A DNA stretch of 9,093 nt, taken from positions 1-9,093 of the forward strand of contig CAYRPF010000101.1 in assembly GCA_964426185.1 (NCBI GenBank), read 5' to 3'. The stretch is from an uncultured archaeon. Its GTDB lineage: Archaea > Asgardarchaeota > Lokiarchaeia > Sigyniarchaeales > Promethearchaeaceae. Shown one piece after another: positions 1 to 7,619 of the stretch. Under the pieces are notes generated by a model, which worked only from the letters and a program-made list of their open reading frames with translations, was not told the DNA's origin and searched no databases. Position 1 is the first letter of the stretch. Each line of letters opens with the position of its first letter. The position numbers and the translations under genes were made by a program.

Positions 1-2
1 AA

Positions 3-3000
3 GATTTGGGCATCGATACTATTAAGCAAGCAGAGATCTTTGGACAGATTCGTGAAAAGTGGCAGATACCAGAAAATGTTGAAGTGAATCTTGCAGATTT
101 TCGAACAATTGAAGATATAGTTAGAATTATTAGATCTTTAGAAAAACCATCGAAAAATGCCTTTTCATCAAATTCAGAGGATATTTCACATGATTTCCAA
201 TATTTAGAAAATATTGAGGAAGATTCTGAAAATAATATTTCAATTTTCTCTCTAAAATCAATTTTGCTAGAAAAACCAAGTGAAAGGGAAGAAAATGAAG
301 AAATTTACAAAAGACCTTTAGTTTTAATCGAGTTTAATGACCATTCACATTTGAATGATAAAGTTCAAGAAGTTTTACAAAGCCGACAGATTAAAATAAT
401 ACCCGTAATATTGAATACCGAATATAATAGCGATGAAATCAAGCGATTCACTGAAAATATCAAAGAAAAACATCATGTTGATGCAATTACACTTGGAATT
501 ATTACACCTGCTCTTGAACAAGAGGATTATTTCCAAAGTTCAGAGAGTATATTAATGGTACTTTTCCATTTTCTAAAAGCTTTGAATCCTGCAATTATTC
601 AAAGTTGTTTTATTTTATCAAATGAAACAATCCTTTCTTCAACTGATATTTCTAATCCCGTAAGTTCTGGAATATCGGGTTTTCTTAAATCGCTTGGTAA
701 AGAATTTAAATTCGAATTTCGACATATTTATTTTTATGATGTAAAAGATGCGATTTCTGAATTATTATATCAAGAAACACTTTCAGAAATCATCTATAAT
801 AAAGAAGGTTTGCGTCATACAATAGATCGAGTCAAAATTTTGCCAACTGACAATGCAAAATCAATTAATATAGAAGAGAATGATTTAGTTTTAGTAACTG
901 GAGGTGCAAGAGGGATTACCTTTGAATGTATTGATAAGTGGACGAATAGTGTCCATCCTTCTCTTATTCTGATTGGTCGAACTCCATATGATTCTTCTCT
1001 AGAATCATACTTACACTATACTGAAGAGCAACTAACTAATCTTAAAAAACAAAAGATTCGCTACTTAAAAAAGCATAATCCATCAATTACACCTGTGCAA
1101 GTTCAGAAAGAATGGAAGAAATTCTTGAACCAATTAGAATTGATAAAAAATCTTCGAAAATTACGAAATAAAGGGATCCAAGTAGAATATTATGATTGCG
1201 ATGTCACAGATTATGATAAAATGGCCGAAATCTATGAAAAAATAAAAAATCAGTTTAAAACACCCGTTTCTGTGATTATTCATGGAGCAGGCATGGAAGA
1301 ATCCAAGAATTTTGAGAAAAAATCTGCATCAATGGTAAAGCTTATTCATGATATAAAAGTCAAGGGTTTTTCAAATCTTCTAAAGATCTTTTCTAAAGAT
1401 TTCTTGAAATATTGTGTTGTATTTTCCAGCATCGCTGGAAGATATGGGAATACTGGACAAGTTGATTATGCCTATGCCAATGCTTTTCTCTCAAGGATGG
1501 CATGGAATTCTCATAATTCAATACCGATGTTAGTTATTGATTGGTCAGCTTGGACCGGAGTGGGAATGGCCACACAAGGTTCAACTTTGAAAATTTTAGA
1601 AATGGCTGGAGTAACACCTATTCCTGTGAGAACTGGAACAGAAATTTTCTCGTTTTTGCTTAGAAATGGCTATACTGGAGAATATATTGTTGCGGGAAAC
1701 ATGGGTATATTTGAACCAAACTTAACTATTACCACAAACTTGGAACCTGAAAAGTTTCCCATGATAAGTTCCGTTCAATATCATAAAGGTGATACTTTCG
1801 GTATTCATAAACTTTCTACAAAGCGAGATTTTTATCTCATCGACCACCAAATTGGCTCAAAACCTGTTTTTCCAGGAGTCATGGTGCTGGAATCTTTCGC
1901 TGAATTCTATAATTCCATTTCTCAAGAAGATCAATTTGATATAATTGATGTTGAATATAAAGTACCGTTAAAAATGCTTGAAGGAAAAGAAACAGAGATA
2001 AAAATGCTCTATAACTCTGAATTTGTCAAGGAACAAGAAGATAATTACGGTAAAGTTATTCCATACCTAATTTTTCAATCAATTTCTTATCCTAAGGTAA
2101 TGAAAGGAAAACCTTTAGTTAAAAATCATTTTACCGGAAAAATATTATCATTATCTGGGAATTCTATGTCTTCTTCCCTTTCTATAAAGATTCCTAAGCA
2201 CATTCCATTTATTTCGTTATTCTCTCAAGAAGAAATATATTCCATTTTCTTTCATGGACCACGATTCAAAGTGATTGAAAAATTATTGATTTGGGAGCAA
2301 GATTCGCTTTTAACGAAAATATCATGTAAAAATGAATTATTATTTTCATCCAATCTCCAAAAACCATCAAAAGAACGATTTTTATTCAATCCATTAGGTA
2401 TTGAGAGCCTTTTCCAGACCGCAGCACTGTATGATTTAGTTCGTTATTCCCAATTATCATTACCTTCTAAAATTGGGAAGATTCACAAGATATCAAATGA
2501 AATACCTCAATATGCTTATGTTATCTATCGAGGAAGAGATGGAACTCATAGTTATTTTGATGCCGTTCTTTTAAACTCTGATAAATCACCCATTTTGGAA
2601 CTTTATTCTCTTGGATTGATCCATACTGATTTGCAAATTCCTATTAAGCCCTATATTAAGGAAAAATTAGAAATTTTGGCAGAAATTGGAGGAATTTTTC
2701 CATCCGATTATAATTCCCAATATCACATCTTACCTTTGCTTCAATTGCGACAAAAATTTGAAGAAAATCCTAGCTTATTAGGTCAATATTTAACTGATAA
2801 TGAAATTCAGCAGATTCAAGAAATTAAGAATGAAAAACGACGATATGAACGAATTGCAGGAATTATATGTGCAAAAAATGCCTACTTTAAATTTTTAAAC
2901 AAATCGGAGCAATATTTAGCGATAGAGGTAATAAAGAAAAAAACTGGTCAACCCTTCATGAAATCAAGTAAATCTTTAGAAATTCTTCCAGTGTACCTTT

Positions 3001-3404
3001 CAATAACTCATTCGAATTCATTTGCTTGTGCTGTTGTTAGTAATCATCCAATTGGAATCGACTTGGAAAAAATAAAAGATCGAAATACATCATTTTACAA
3101 AGAAGTATTTACGCCTCTAGAACAACGTTTCATTCAAGAGAATTCTTTATTGGGGACTAAATTCTGGACTATTAAAGAAGCATTTTCAAAAGCAATCGGC
3201 ACTGGTTTATGCATTAATTTAAAACAGCTTGAGATTTCTCATTCTTCTGAAAATAATCACTTTGATCTTACCTATTTAGGAGAAGAAAAGCGTTTACGAG
3301 AACTTGTTGAAAATGTAAAATGGATTTCTAATCAAAATAAAAACTACATTCTAAGCTTATGTGAAATACCCAAAGAAATCTTTAAGAATTTGGAGGAATT
3401 CTAA
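3..3404 (+). CDS. Type I PKS/FAS-like megasynthase, C-terminal part (5'-truncated): ACP - KR - DH - Sfp-type PPTase
   Basis: The frame is open from the window edge; TTG at 6 is an internal Leu of DLGIDTIKQAE (ACP signature, 3-35). KR: TGGARGI (897-917), HGAG (1281-1292), FSS (1422-1430), catalytic Y in GQVDYAYAN (1467-1469), and a PfaA-type helical insert containing ITPVQV. DH: DHQIGSKPVFPG (His 1845-1847), FHGPRF (2250-2267), NPLGIESLFQ (2388-2417). PPTase: LSITHS, GIDLE (3054-3068), FWTIKEAFSK (3162-3191). KS/AT presumably lie upstream of the window. Confidence 0.92.
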   Translation, partial: DLGIDTIKQAEIFGQIREKWQIPENVEVNLADFRTIEDIVRIIRSLEKPSKNAFSSNSEDISHDFQYLENIEEDSENNISIFSLKSILLEKPSEREENEEIYKRPLVLIEFNDHSHLNDKVQEVLQSRQIKIIPVILNTEYNSDEIKRFTENIKEKHHVDAITLGIITPALEQEDYFQSSESILMVLFHFLKALNPAIIQSCFILSNETILSSTDISNPVSSGISGFLKSLGKEFKFEFRHIYFYDVKDAISELLYQETLSEIIYNKEGLRHTIDRVKILPTDNAKSINIEENDLVLVTGGARGITFECIDKWTNSVHPSLILIGRTPYDSSLESYLHYTEEQLTNLKKQKIRYLKKHNPSITPVQVQKEWKKFLNQLELIKNLRKLRNKGIQVEYYDCDVTDYDKMAEIYEKIKNQFKTPVSVIIHGAGMEESKNFEKKSASMVKLIHDIKVKGFSNLLKIFSKDFLKYCVVFSSIAGRYGNTGQVDYAYANAFLSRMAWNSHNSIPMLVIDWSAWTGVGMATQGSTLKILEMAGVTPIPVRTGTEIFSFLLRNGYTGEYIVAGNMGIFEPNLTITTNLEPEKFPMISSVQYHKGDTFGIHKLSTKRDFYLIDHQIGSKPVFPGVMVLESFAEFYNSISQEDQFDIIDVEYKVPLKMLEGKETEIKMLYNSEFVKEQEDNYGKVIPYLIFQSISYPKVMKGKPLVKNHFTGKILSLSGNSMSSSLSIKIPKHIPFISLFSQEEIYSIFFHGPRFKVIEKLLIWEQDSLLTKISCKNELLFSSNLQKPSKERFLFNPLGIESLFQTAALYDLVRYSQLSLPSKIGKIHKISNEIPQYAYVIYRGRDGTHSYFDAVLLNSDKSPILELYSLGLIHTDLQIPIKPYIKEKLEILAEIGGIFPSDYNSQYHILPLLQLRQKFEENPSLLGQYLTDNEIQQIQEIKNEKRRYERIAGIICAKNAYFKFLNKSEQYLAIEVIKKKTGQPFMKSSKSLEILPVYLSITHSNSFACAVVSNHPIGIDLEKIKDRNTSFYKEVFTPLEQRFIQENSLLGTKFWTIKEAFSKAIGTGLCINLKQLEISHSSENNHFDLTYLGEEKRLRELVENVKWISNQNKNYILSLCEIPKEIFKNLEEF
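3392..3397 (+). promoter_or_regulatory. Shine-Dalgarno-like GGAGGA for the hydrolase gene
   Basis: GGAGGA ends 6 nt before ATG 3404, inside the last codons of the PKS; the stop and start overlap as TAATG. Confidence 0.6.
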
Positions 3405-4219
3405 TGAAGAAAATCGTGCACGAAATTATTGTTAGAGAAGAAAAACTCCACGGAATACTTTTTCTTCCTGATCAAACAACTAAGTCTAAGTTAAAAGATG
3501 ATTCTGAGGAAGCATCTAAAGACTCCGAGGTATTTCCATTAGTAATCCACATCAATGGAATGCCCGGGACTTCACCCGAAGAAGATCAAGAACGGTTTGG
3601 GCAGTGCTTCACCCAGAATGGAATTGCACTCTATTGTTTTGATCACCTCGGGGTTCGCCAGAGTTCTGGGGTCTTTACCTACTTTGCGGCTCAGGCAAAT
3701 ATTGAGTATGTAATTGATAATCTGGTTCAACATCCACAGATTGATCCTCTCAAAATTGGTTTACTAGGGGAAAGTTTTGGGGGTGCAATGGCTCTATGTC
3801 ATACTGCCAGAGACAATAGAATTTCTGCAATCGGAGTTAGATCACCAGTTTTTGACACGGAAATAATTCCTACTTATGGATTTTTTGATGATCTATTGAA
3901 AATTTGGACCAGAAACAAACAAATGCGATTTCCTTCAGGTAATGATTTAAAAAATATCTACATCACTCAAACTCGCCACTATAATCCCAAAAATATGATA
4001 AAAAGGATCAGCCAACCATTTTATTTAGTTGCAGGAAAAAAAGATGAACTACTAGGATATCAAGGATTTGAAAACCTTTTCAAAGAAATTCGTTCTTCAG
4101 TCAAATTTTTTGATCTTCATCCTAAAGCCAATCATAATTTTTCAGATAAAAGTGATTTTGAAAAAATGCGTAATACTTTTGTAAAATTTTTTAATAATGT
4201 TTTATTCAAAGAAAGATGA
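3404..4219 (+). CDS. Alpha/beta-fold serine hydrolase (possible thioesterase)
   Basis: Nucleophile elbow GESFG (Ser 3773-3775), acid in AGKKD (Asp 4043-4045), His in ANHNF (4133-4135), FDHLGVRQSSG strand-turn and oxyanion-loop-like INGMPG. Confidence 0.88.
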   Translation: MKKIVHEIIVREEKLHGILFLPDQTTKSKLKDDSEEASKDSEVFPLVIHINGMPGTSPEEDQERFGQCFTQNGIALYCFDHLGVRQSSGVFTYFAAQANIEYVIDNLVQHPQIDPLKIGLLGESFGGAMALCHTARDNRISAIGVRSPVFDTEIIPTYGFFDDLLKIWTRNKQMRFPSGNDLKNIYITQTRHYNPKNMIKRISQPFYLVAGKKDELLGYQGFENLFKEIRSSVKFFDLHPKANHNFSDKSDFEKMRNTFVKFFNNVLFKER

Positions 4220-4318
4220 GCTATATCCGAAGGGATTTGTATCTTTGATCTCTAGATCGAGAAGTCGGCGTTTTATCATAGTTTGATACTTGATCTCCGA
4301 GAGAATAACCCAAGATAC

Positions 4319-5404
4319 TTAGTTCTTCAAGATTTTTTTTAATTCATTTCCAATAATTGTACCCATATCTGAACAAGTTGTTTTTTTTAATTTTTTAGTT
4401 TTATCTACAGATCTTGGATAAATATCAAGAGTTCTAGATTCCTCAAGTGAAGTTATTACCGCTTTTTCAATAAACTGCGCTAATTTTGGATCATTGAATT
4501 TTTCTTCAATCATTAGTTTGCATGACAAAATTGCCCCAATTGGATTAGCTATATTTTTTCCCGCAATATCTGGTGCAGAACCGTGAATTGGTTCGAAAAG
4601 GGCTAAACCATTTGGGTTAATATTAGCACTTGGTACCATACCCAAAGAACCAATCAACATTGCGGCTTCATCGCTAATTATATCACCAAACATATTTTCT
4701 GTAACCACTGTTTGAATTGTTGAAGGCGATCTAATTAACCATTGACAAAATGCATCTACATAGAAGTGTTTCTTTGAGATTTGGGGATATTTCTTGCCTT
4801 GTTCATTGAAAATCTCTCTCCAGAATTCACTGCAGGCCAACATATTAGCTTTATCCACTGAAATAATTTCGGTATGATTTTTACGCACTGCAAATTCAAA
4901 GGCATATTGAATGATACGCTCCACCGCCTTTCGTGAATATACCATTGAATTAACTGCACTGTCTTTATTGACGATGCCTCCTATTCTTGCATATAATCCT
5001 TCCGTATTTTCTCGAATAATTGAGATATCAATGCCATTAGGAAAGAATTCTGGCTTTAAGGGGCAGATATCTTGTAATGGTTCATATTGCTTTACAGGGC
5101 GTAAATTTACATAAAGATCGAATCCTTGTCTCATCTTTAAAATTGCAGATTCTGCTACTCCTGCTGGTAAATCTGGGACCCCTATAGCTCCAAAAAGGAT
5201 AGCATCACTTGATTTCATCAAATTAAATGATTTTTCTGGGAGATTCGTGCCAGTCTGTTTGTAAACTTCTCCTCCCAAGGGCGTTTCAATTAAATTGAAA
5301 TCATAATTGGTATATTGGCCAATAATTTTGAGAATTTTCACACCTTCGTTGATAACCTCAGGACCTATACCATCCCCTTTTGCTATTGCGATGGTTTTTT
5401 CCAT
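4319..5404 (-). CDS. leuB: 3-isopropylmalate dehydrogenase (isocitrate/isopropylmalate dehydrogenase family)
   Basis: GDGIGPEV, NLRPVK, IRENTEGLY, VDKAN, ENMFGDIISD and FEPIHGSAPDIAGKNIANP motifs. The substrate-loop segment AESAILKMR resembles IPMDH, and Asp in HGSAPD suggests NAD use. The family is certain; the exact substrate is less so. Confidence 0.8.
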   Translation of the reverse strand: MEKTIAIAKGDGIGPEVINEGVKILKIIGQYTNYDFNLIETPLGGEVYKQTGTNLPEKSFNLMKSSDAILFGAIGVPDLPAGVAESAILKMRQGFDLYVNLRPVKQYEPLQDICPLKPEFFPNGIDISIIRENTEGLYARIGGIVNKDSAVNSMVYSRKAVERIIQYAFEFAVRKNHTEIISVDKANMLACSEFWREIFNEQGKKYPQISKKHFYVDAFCQWLIRSPSTIQTVVTENMFGDIISDEAAMLIGSLGMVPSANINPNGLALFEPIHGSAPDIAGKNIANPIGAILSCKLMIEEKFNDPKLAQFIEKAVITSLEESRTLDIYPRSVDKTKKLKKTTCSDMGTIIGNELKKILKN

Positions 5405-5435
5405 TTATAGTCTCAAGATATAATCTGTGGATTGG

Positions 5436-5450
5436 AATTAATACTTTTTC
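5436..5450 (-). promoter_or_regulatory. Putative archaeal BRE-TATA promoter of the leuB-like gene
   Basis: The minus strand reads GAAAAAG-TATTAATT, with the TATA-like element 34-39 nt upstream of ATG 5404; no SD is visible. Confidence 0.45.
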
Positions 5451-5455
5451 CCCAT

Positions 5456-5950
5456 TTATTCCTTAGAATTTTGCATAATACTTATTAATTCTTGATCTTG
5501 GAATACATTATCTCCAGGTTTTGGAAATATTTTAGTAATTTTACCTGATATTGGCGCAAGAATGCGGTTACGCATCTTCATTGCTTCCAAAATTAGAAGT
5601 TCTTGCCCTTTTTTAACGATGTCTTGTTCTTTTACTAGTATTTGAAAAATTTTTCCTGGAATTGGAGCTTTCACATTAGAATTTTTAGGGAGATTGGAGT
5701 TTATTATCGAATTTTCCACTTCAATATAGGGTCTAATATTAATATCCACTTCTTCTCCTTCAAGATAAAATTTTCCATTTATTTTTTCTAAAATAAAGGA
5801 ATATTTCCCAAATGTTACTTTAAATCGATTTTCTGCTTGTTGAACCACTTTAGGGGAAAATACATAGCCATCTATTTGAATTTGTTGATTATCCAGGAGT
5901 TCTATGATAAATTCTCTTCCATGATAAATTACTTTCTTTTTTTTAACCAA
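5456..5950 (-). CDS. accB: Biotin carboxyl carrier protein of an acyl-CoA carboxylase
   Basis: EAMKM biotinylation motif (5573-5587, Lys 5576-5578), VKAPIPGKI, and a ~90-aa N-terminal extension. TTG start with AAGGAG (5968-5963) 12 nt upstream; the start is somewhat uncertain. Confidence 0.9.
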   Translation of the reverse strand: MVKKKKVIYHGREFIIELLDNQQIQIDGYVFSPKVVQQAENRFKVTFGKYSFILEKINGKFYLEGEEVDINIRPYIEVENSIINSNLPKNSNVKAPIPGKIFQILVKEQDIVKKGQELLILEAMKMRNRILAPISGKITKIFPKPGDNVFQDQELISIMQNSKE

Positions 5951-5992
5951 TACAGGTTCGCGCTCCTTAAAATTAAAATAACCCTTGAGAAG

Positions 5993-7486
5993 TTACCGTA
6001 CTTGTTCTCTCCGTGCTGATTCTCTCCATAAATTTCGAGTTGGCCGAGTTTGTATTTCGGTAACGCTTTTTGTAGGCGTCAACTTGAATAATTCCATCAC
6101 TTGGGATATTGCTGCAATTTTCATATATTCGTAATTTCTGAGAATCTTGGCAATATTTATTTGATTTAAAAATTCGGTAGAAATCGTCCAACGTTTGTAT
6201 TCTCTAGTTTCAATAATTGCTTGATGTAGTTCTAGGTTTGTCTTTAAACCAGAAATTGTTAATTCTCTAAGGGCTGTACGGGCTTGAATAATTGCTTGAT
6301 CTCGTGTTCGAGCCCAAACAATTAGCTTTCCAATTAGAGAATCAAAATTATTGGGAATAACATAATTTGGGTATATAAATGTGTCAAATCTGACATTAGA
6401 ACCACCTGGGATAATAACTTGAGTTATTTTTCCACTTTGAGGGAGATTTTGGGTGTGTGGATCTTCAGCATTAATTCGAAATTCGATAGCATGACCGCTA
6501 AATCGAATGTCTTTTTGGACATAAGTTAAAGGTTGACCTGCGGCCACTCTGAGCTGTTCTACCACTAGATCAATACCAGTGATCATTTCTGTAACAGGAT
6601 GCTCGACTTGAATGCGTGGATTTACTTCATTGAAATAAATTTTGCCATTTTTCCATAAAAATTCCGCCGTTCCTGCATTTACATATCCAAGATTCTTTGC
6701 TAATTCACAAACTTTTATTCCCAGCTGATTGATTTCATCCCGAGGGAGAAAAGAGGGTGCTTCTTCTATTAATTTTTGATTAGCGCGCTGAATTGAGCAT
6801 TCTCGATCTCCTAAATGAATAACATTTCCATGATTGTCTCCAATGAATTGGATCTCAATGTGACGGGGATTTTCGATAAATTTTTCAATAAATATCTCTT
6901 TTCGACCGAAAAATTGTTCTGAAATTGCCTGACATCCTTCAAATGCAGATTCCAAGGTAGATTGTTCATTAACTCTTTCCATTCCTCGGCCTCCGCCTCC
7001 AAAAGCAGCTTTAATTATAATTGGATAGCCTATTTGTTCTGCTATCTCATGTGCTTCTTCCAAAGTTGTGATATATCCTGAAGATCCTGGCACAGTAGGC
7101 AGACCTACTTGAGCTGCGATTGTTTTTGCTTTAATTTTATCTCCCAGATAATCGATAATTTCTGATTTTGGACCAATTAATACTTTCCCGTTCTCTTCAA
7201 CTCTGCGTGCAAAATCCGCATTTTCTGATAAAAACCCATATCCAGGGTGAATTGCATCTGCATTAGACTTTTCAAGAATTTCTAAGATTTTTGGAATGTT
7301 AAGATATGTTTCTTGGACAGTTCCCGAACCTAATGAATAACATTCATCTGCTAATTTGACATGTAAAGAATATTGATCTTCTGTAGAAAATACAGCAATA
7401 GCATAAATTCCTTGCAAACGACAAGCTCGAATAATTCGAACCGCAATCTCACCACGGTTGGCAATAAGTACAGATTGAAGAGTCAT
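5993..7486 (-). CDS. accC: Biotin carboxylase subunit (acetyl/propionyl-CoA carboxylase type)
   Basis: ANRGEIA, HPGYGFLSENA, KAAFGGGGRGM, RHIEIQ, RECSIQR, EVNPRIQVEHPVTE and EFRINAED motifs; adjacent to a stand-alone BCCP. Confidence 0.93.
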   Translation of the reverse strand: MTLQSVLIANRGEIAVRIIRACRLQGIYAIAVFSTEDQYSLHVKLADECYSLGSGTVQETYLNIPKILEILEKSNADAIHPGYGFLSENADFARRVEENGKVLIGPKSEIIDYLGDKIKAKTIAAQVGLPTVPGSSGYITTLEEAHEIAEQIGYPIIIKAAFGGGGRGMERVNEQSTLESAFEGCQAISEQFFGRKEIFIEKFIENPRHIEIQFIGDNHGNVIHLGDRECSIQRANQKLIEEAPSFLPRDEINQLGIKVCELAKNLGYVNAGTAEFLWKNGKIYFNEVNPRIQVEHPVTEMITGIDLVVEQLRVAAGQPLTYVQKDIRFSGHAIEFRINAEDPHTQNLPQSGKITQVIIPGGSNVRFDTFIYPNYVIPNNFDSLIGKLIVWARTRDQAIIQARTALRELTISGLKTNLELHQAIIETREYKRWTISTEFLNQINIAKILRNYEYMKIAAISQVMELFKLTPTKSVTEIQTRPTRNLWRESARREQVR

Positions 7487-7554
7487 TACATTAACTCATA
7501 CAAAATGAATAAAAAGAATTCCTCGAACTTTCATAGTATTAATCATAGAGAAGT

Positions 7555-7568
7555 TTTATTTAAATAAA
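7555..7568. repeat. Perfect 14-bp AT palindrome upstream of accC
   Basis: TTTATTT|AAATAAA, flanked asymmetrically by AGAAG (7549-7553) and CTTCT (7573-7577); it contains a TTTAAATA TATA-like word. Function unknown. Confidence 0.5.
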
Positions 7569-7619
7569 TAATCTTCTATACAAAAATCTTGTGGCCATTA
7601 AAAATTAGTATCTTGAAAT

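Noticed and set aside
6-8. TTG as the start codon of the 1132-aa ORF
   Set aside because: It falls inside the ACP signature DLGIDT and the frame is open to the window edge, so the gene starts upstream.
3-4219. Calling the locus an enediyne (pksE) or PUFA (pfaA) cluster
   Set aside because: The domain order matches PKSE and the KR resembles PfaA, but no hot-dog TE/E3-E5 cassette or pfaBCD genes are visible, so no gene symbol was assigned.
4756-5114. Short ORFs 4756-4959 (-) and 4911-5114 (+)
   Set aside because: They are alternate-frame or antisense shadows within the well-supported dehydrogenase and show no motifs.
5993-7486. Pyruvate carboxylase subunit A (pycA)
   Set aside because: The neighbour is a stand-alone BCCP, not a CT-biotin fusion (PycB), so an acyl-CoA carboxylase is more parsimonious, though not proven.
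5837-7567. Short ORFs 5837-6019, 5973-6191, 6811-7002 and 7373-7567
   Set aside because: They overlap accB/accC and show no recognisable features.
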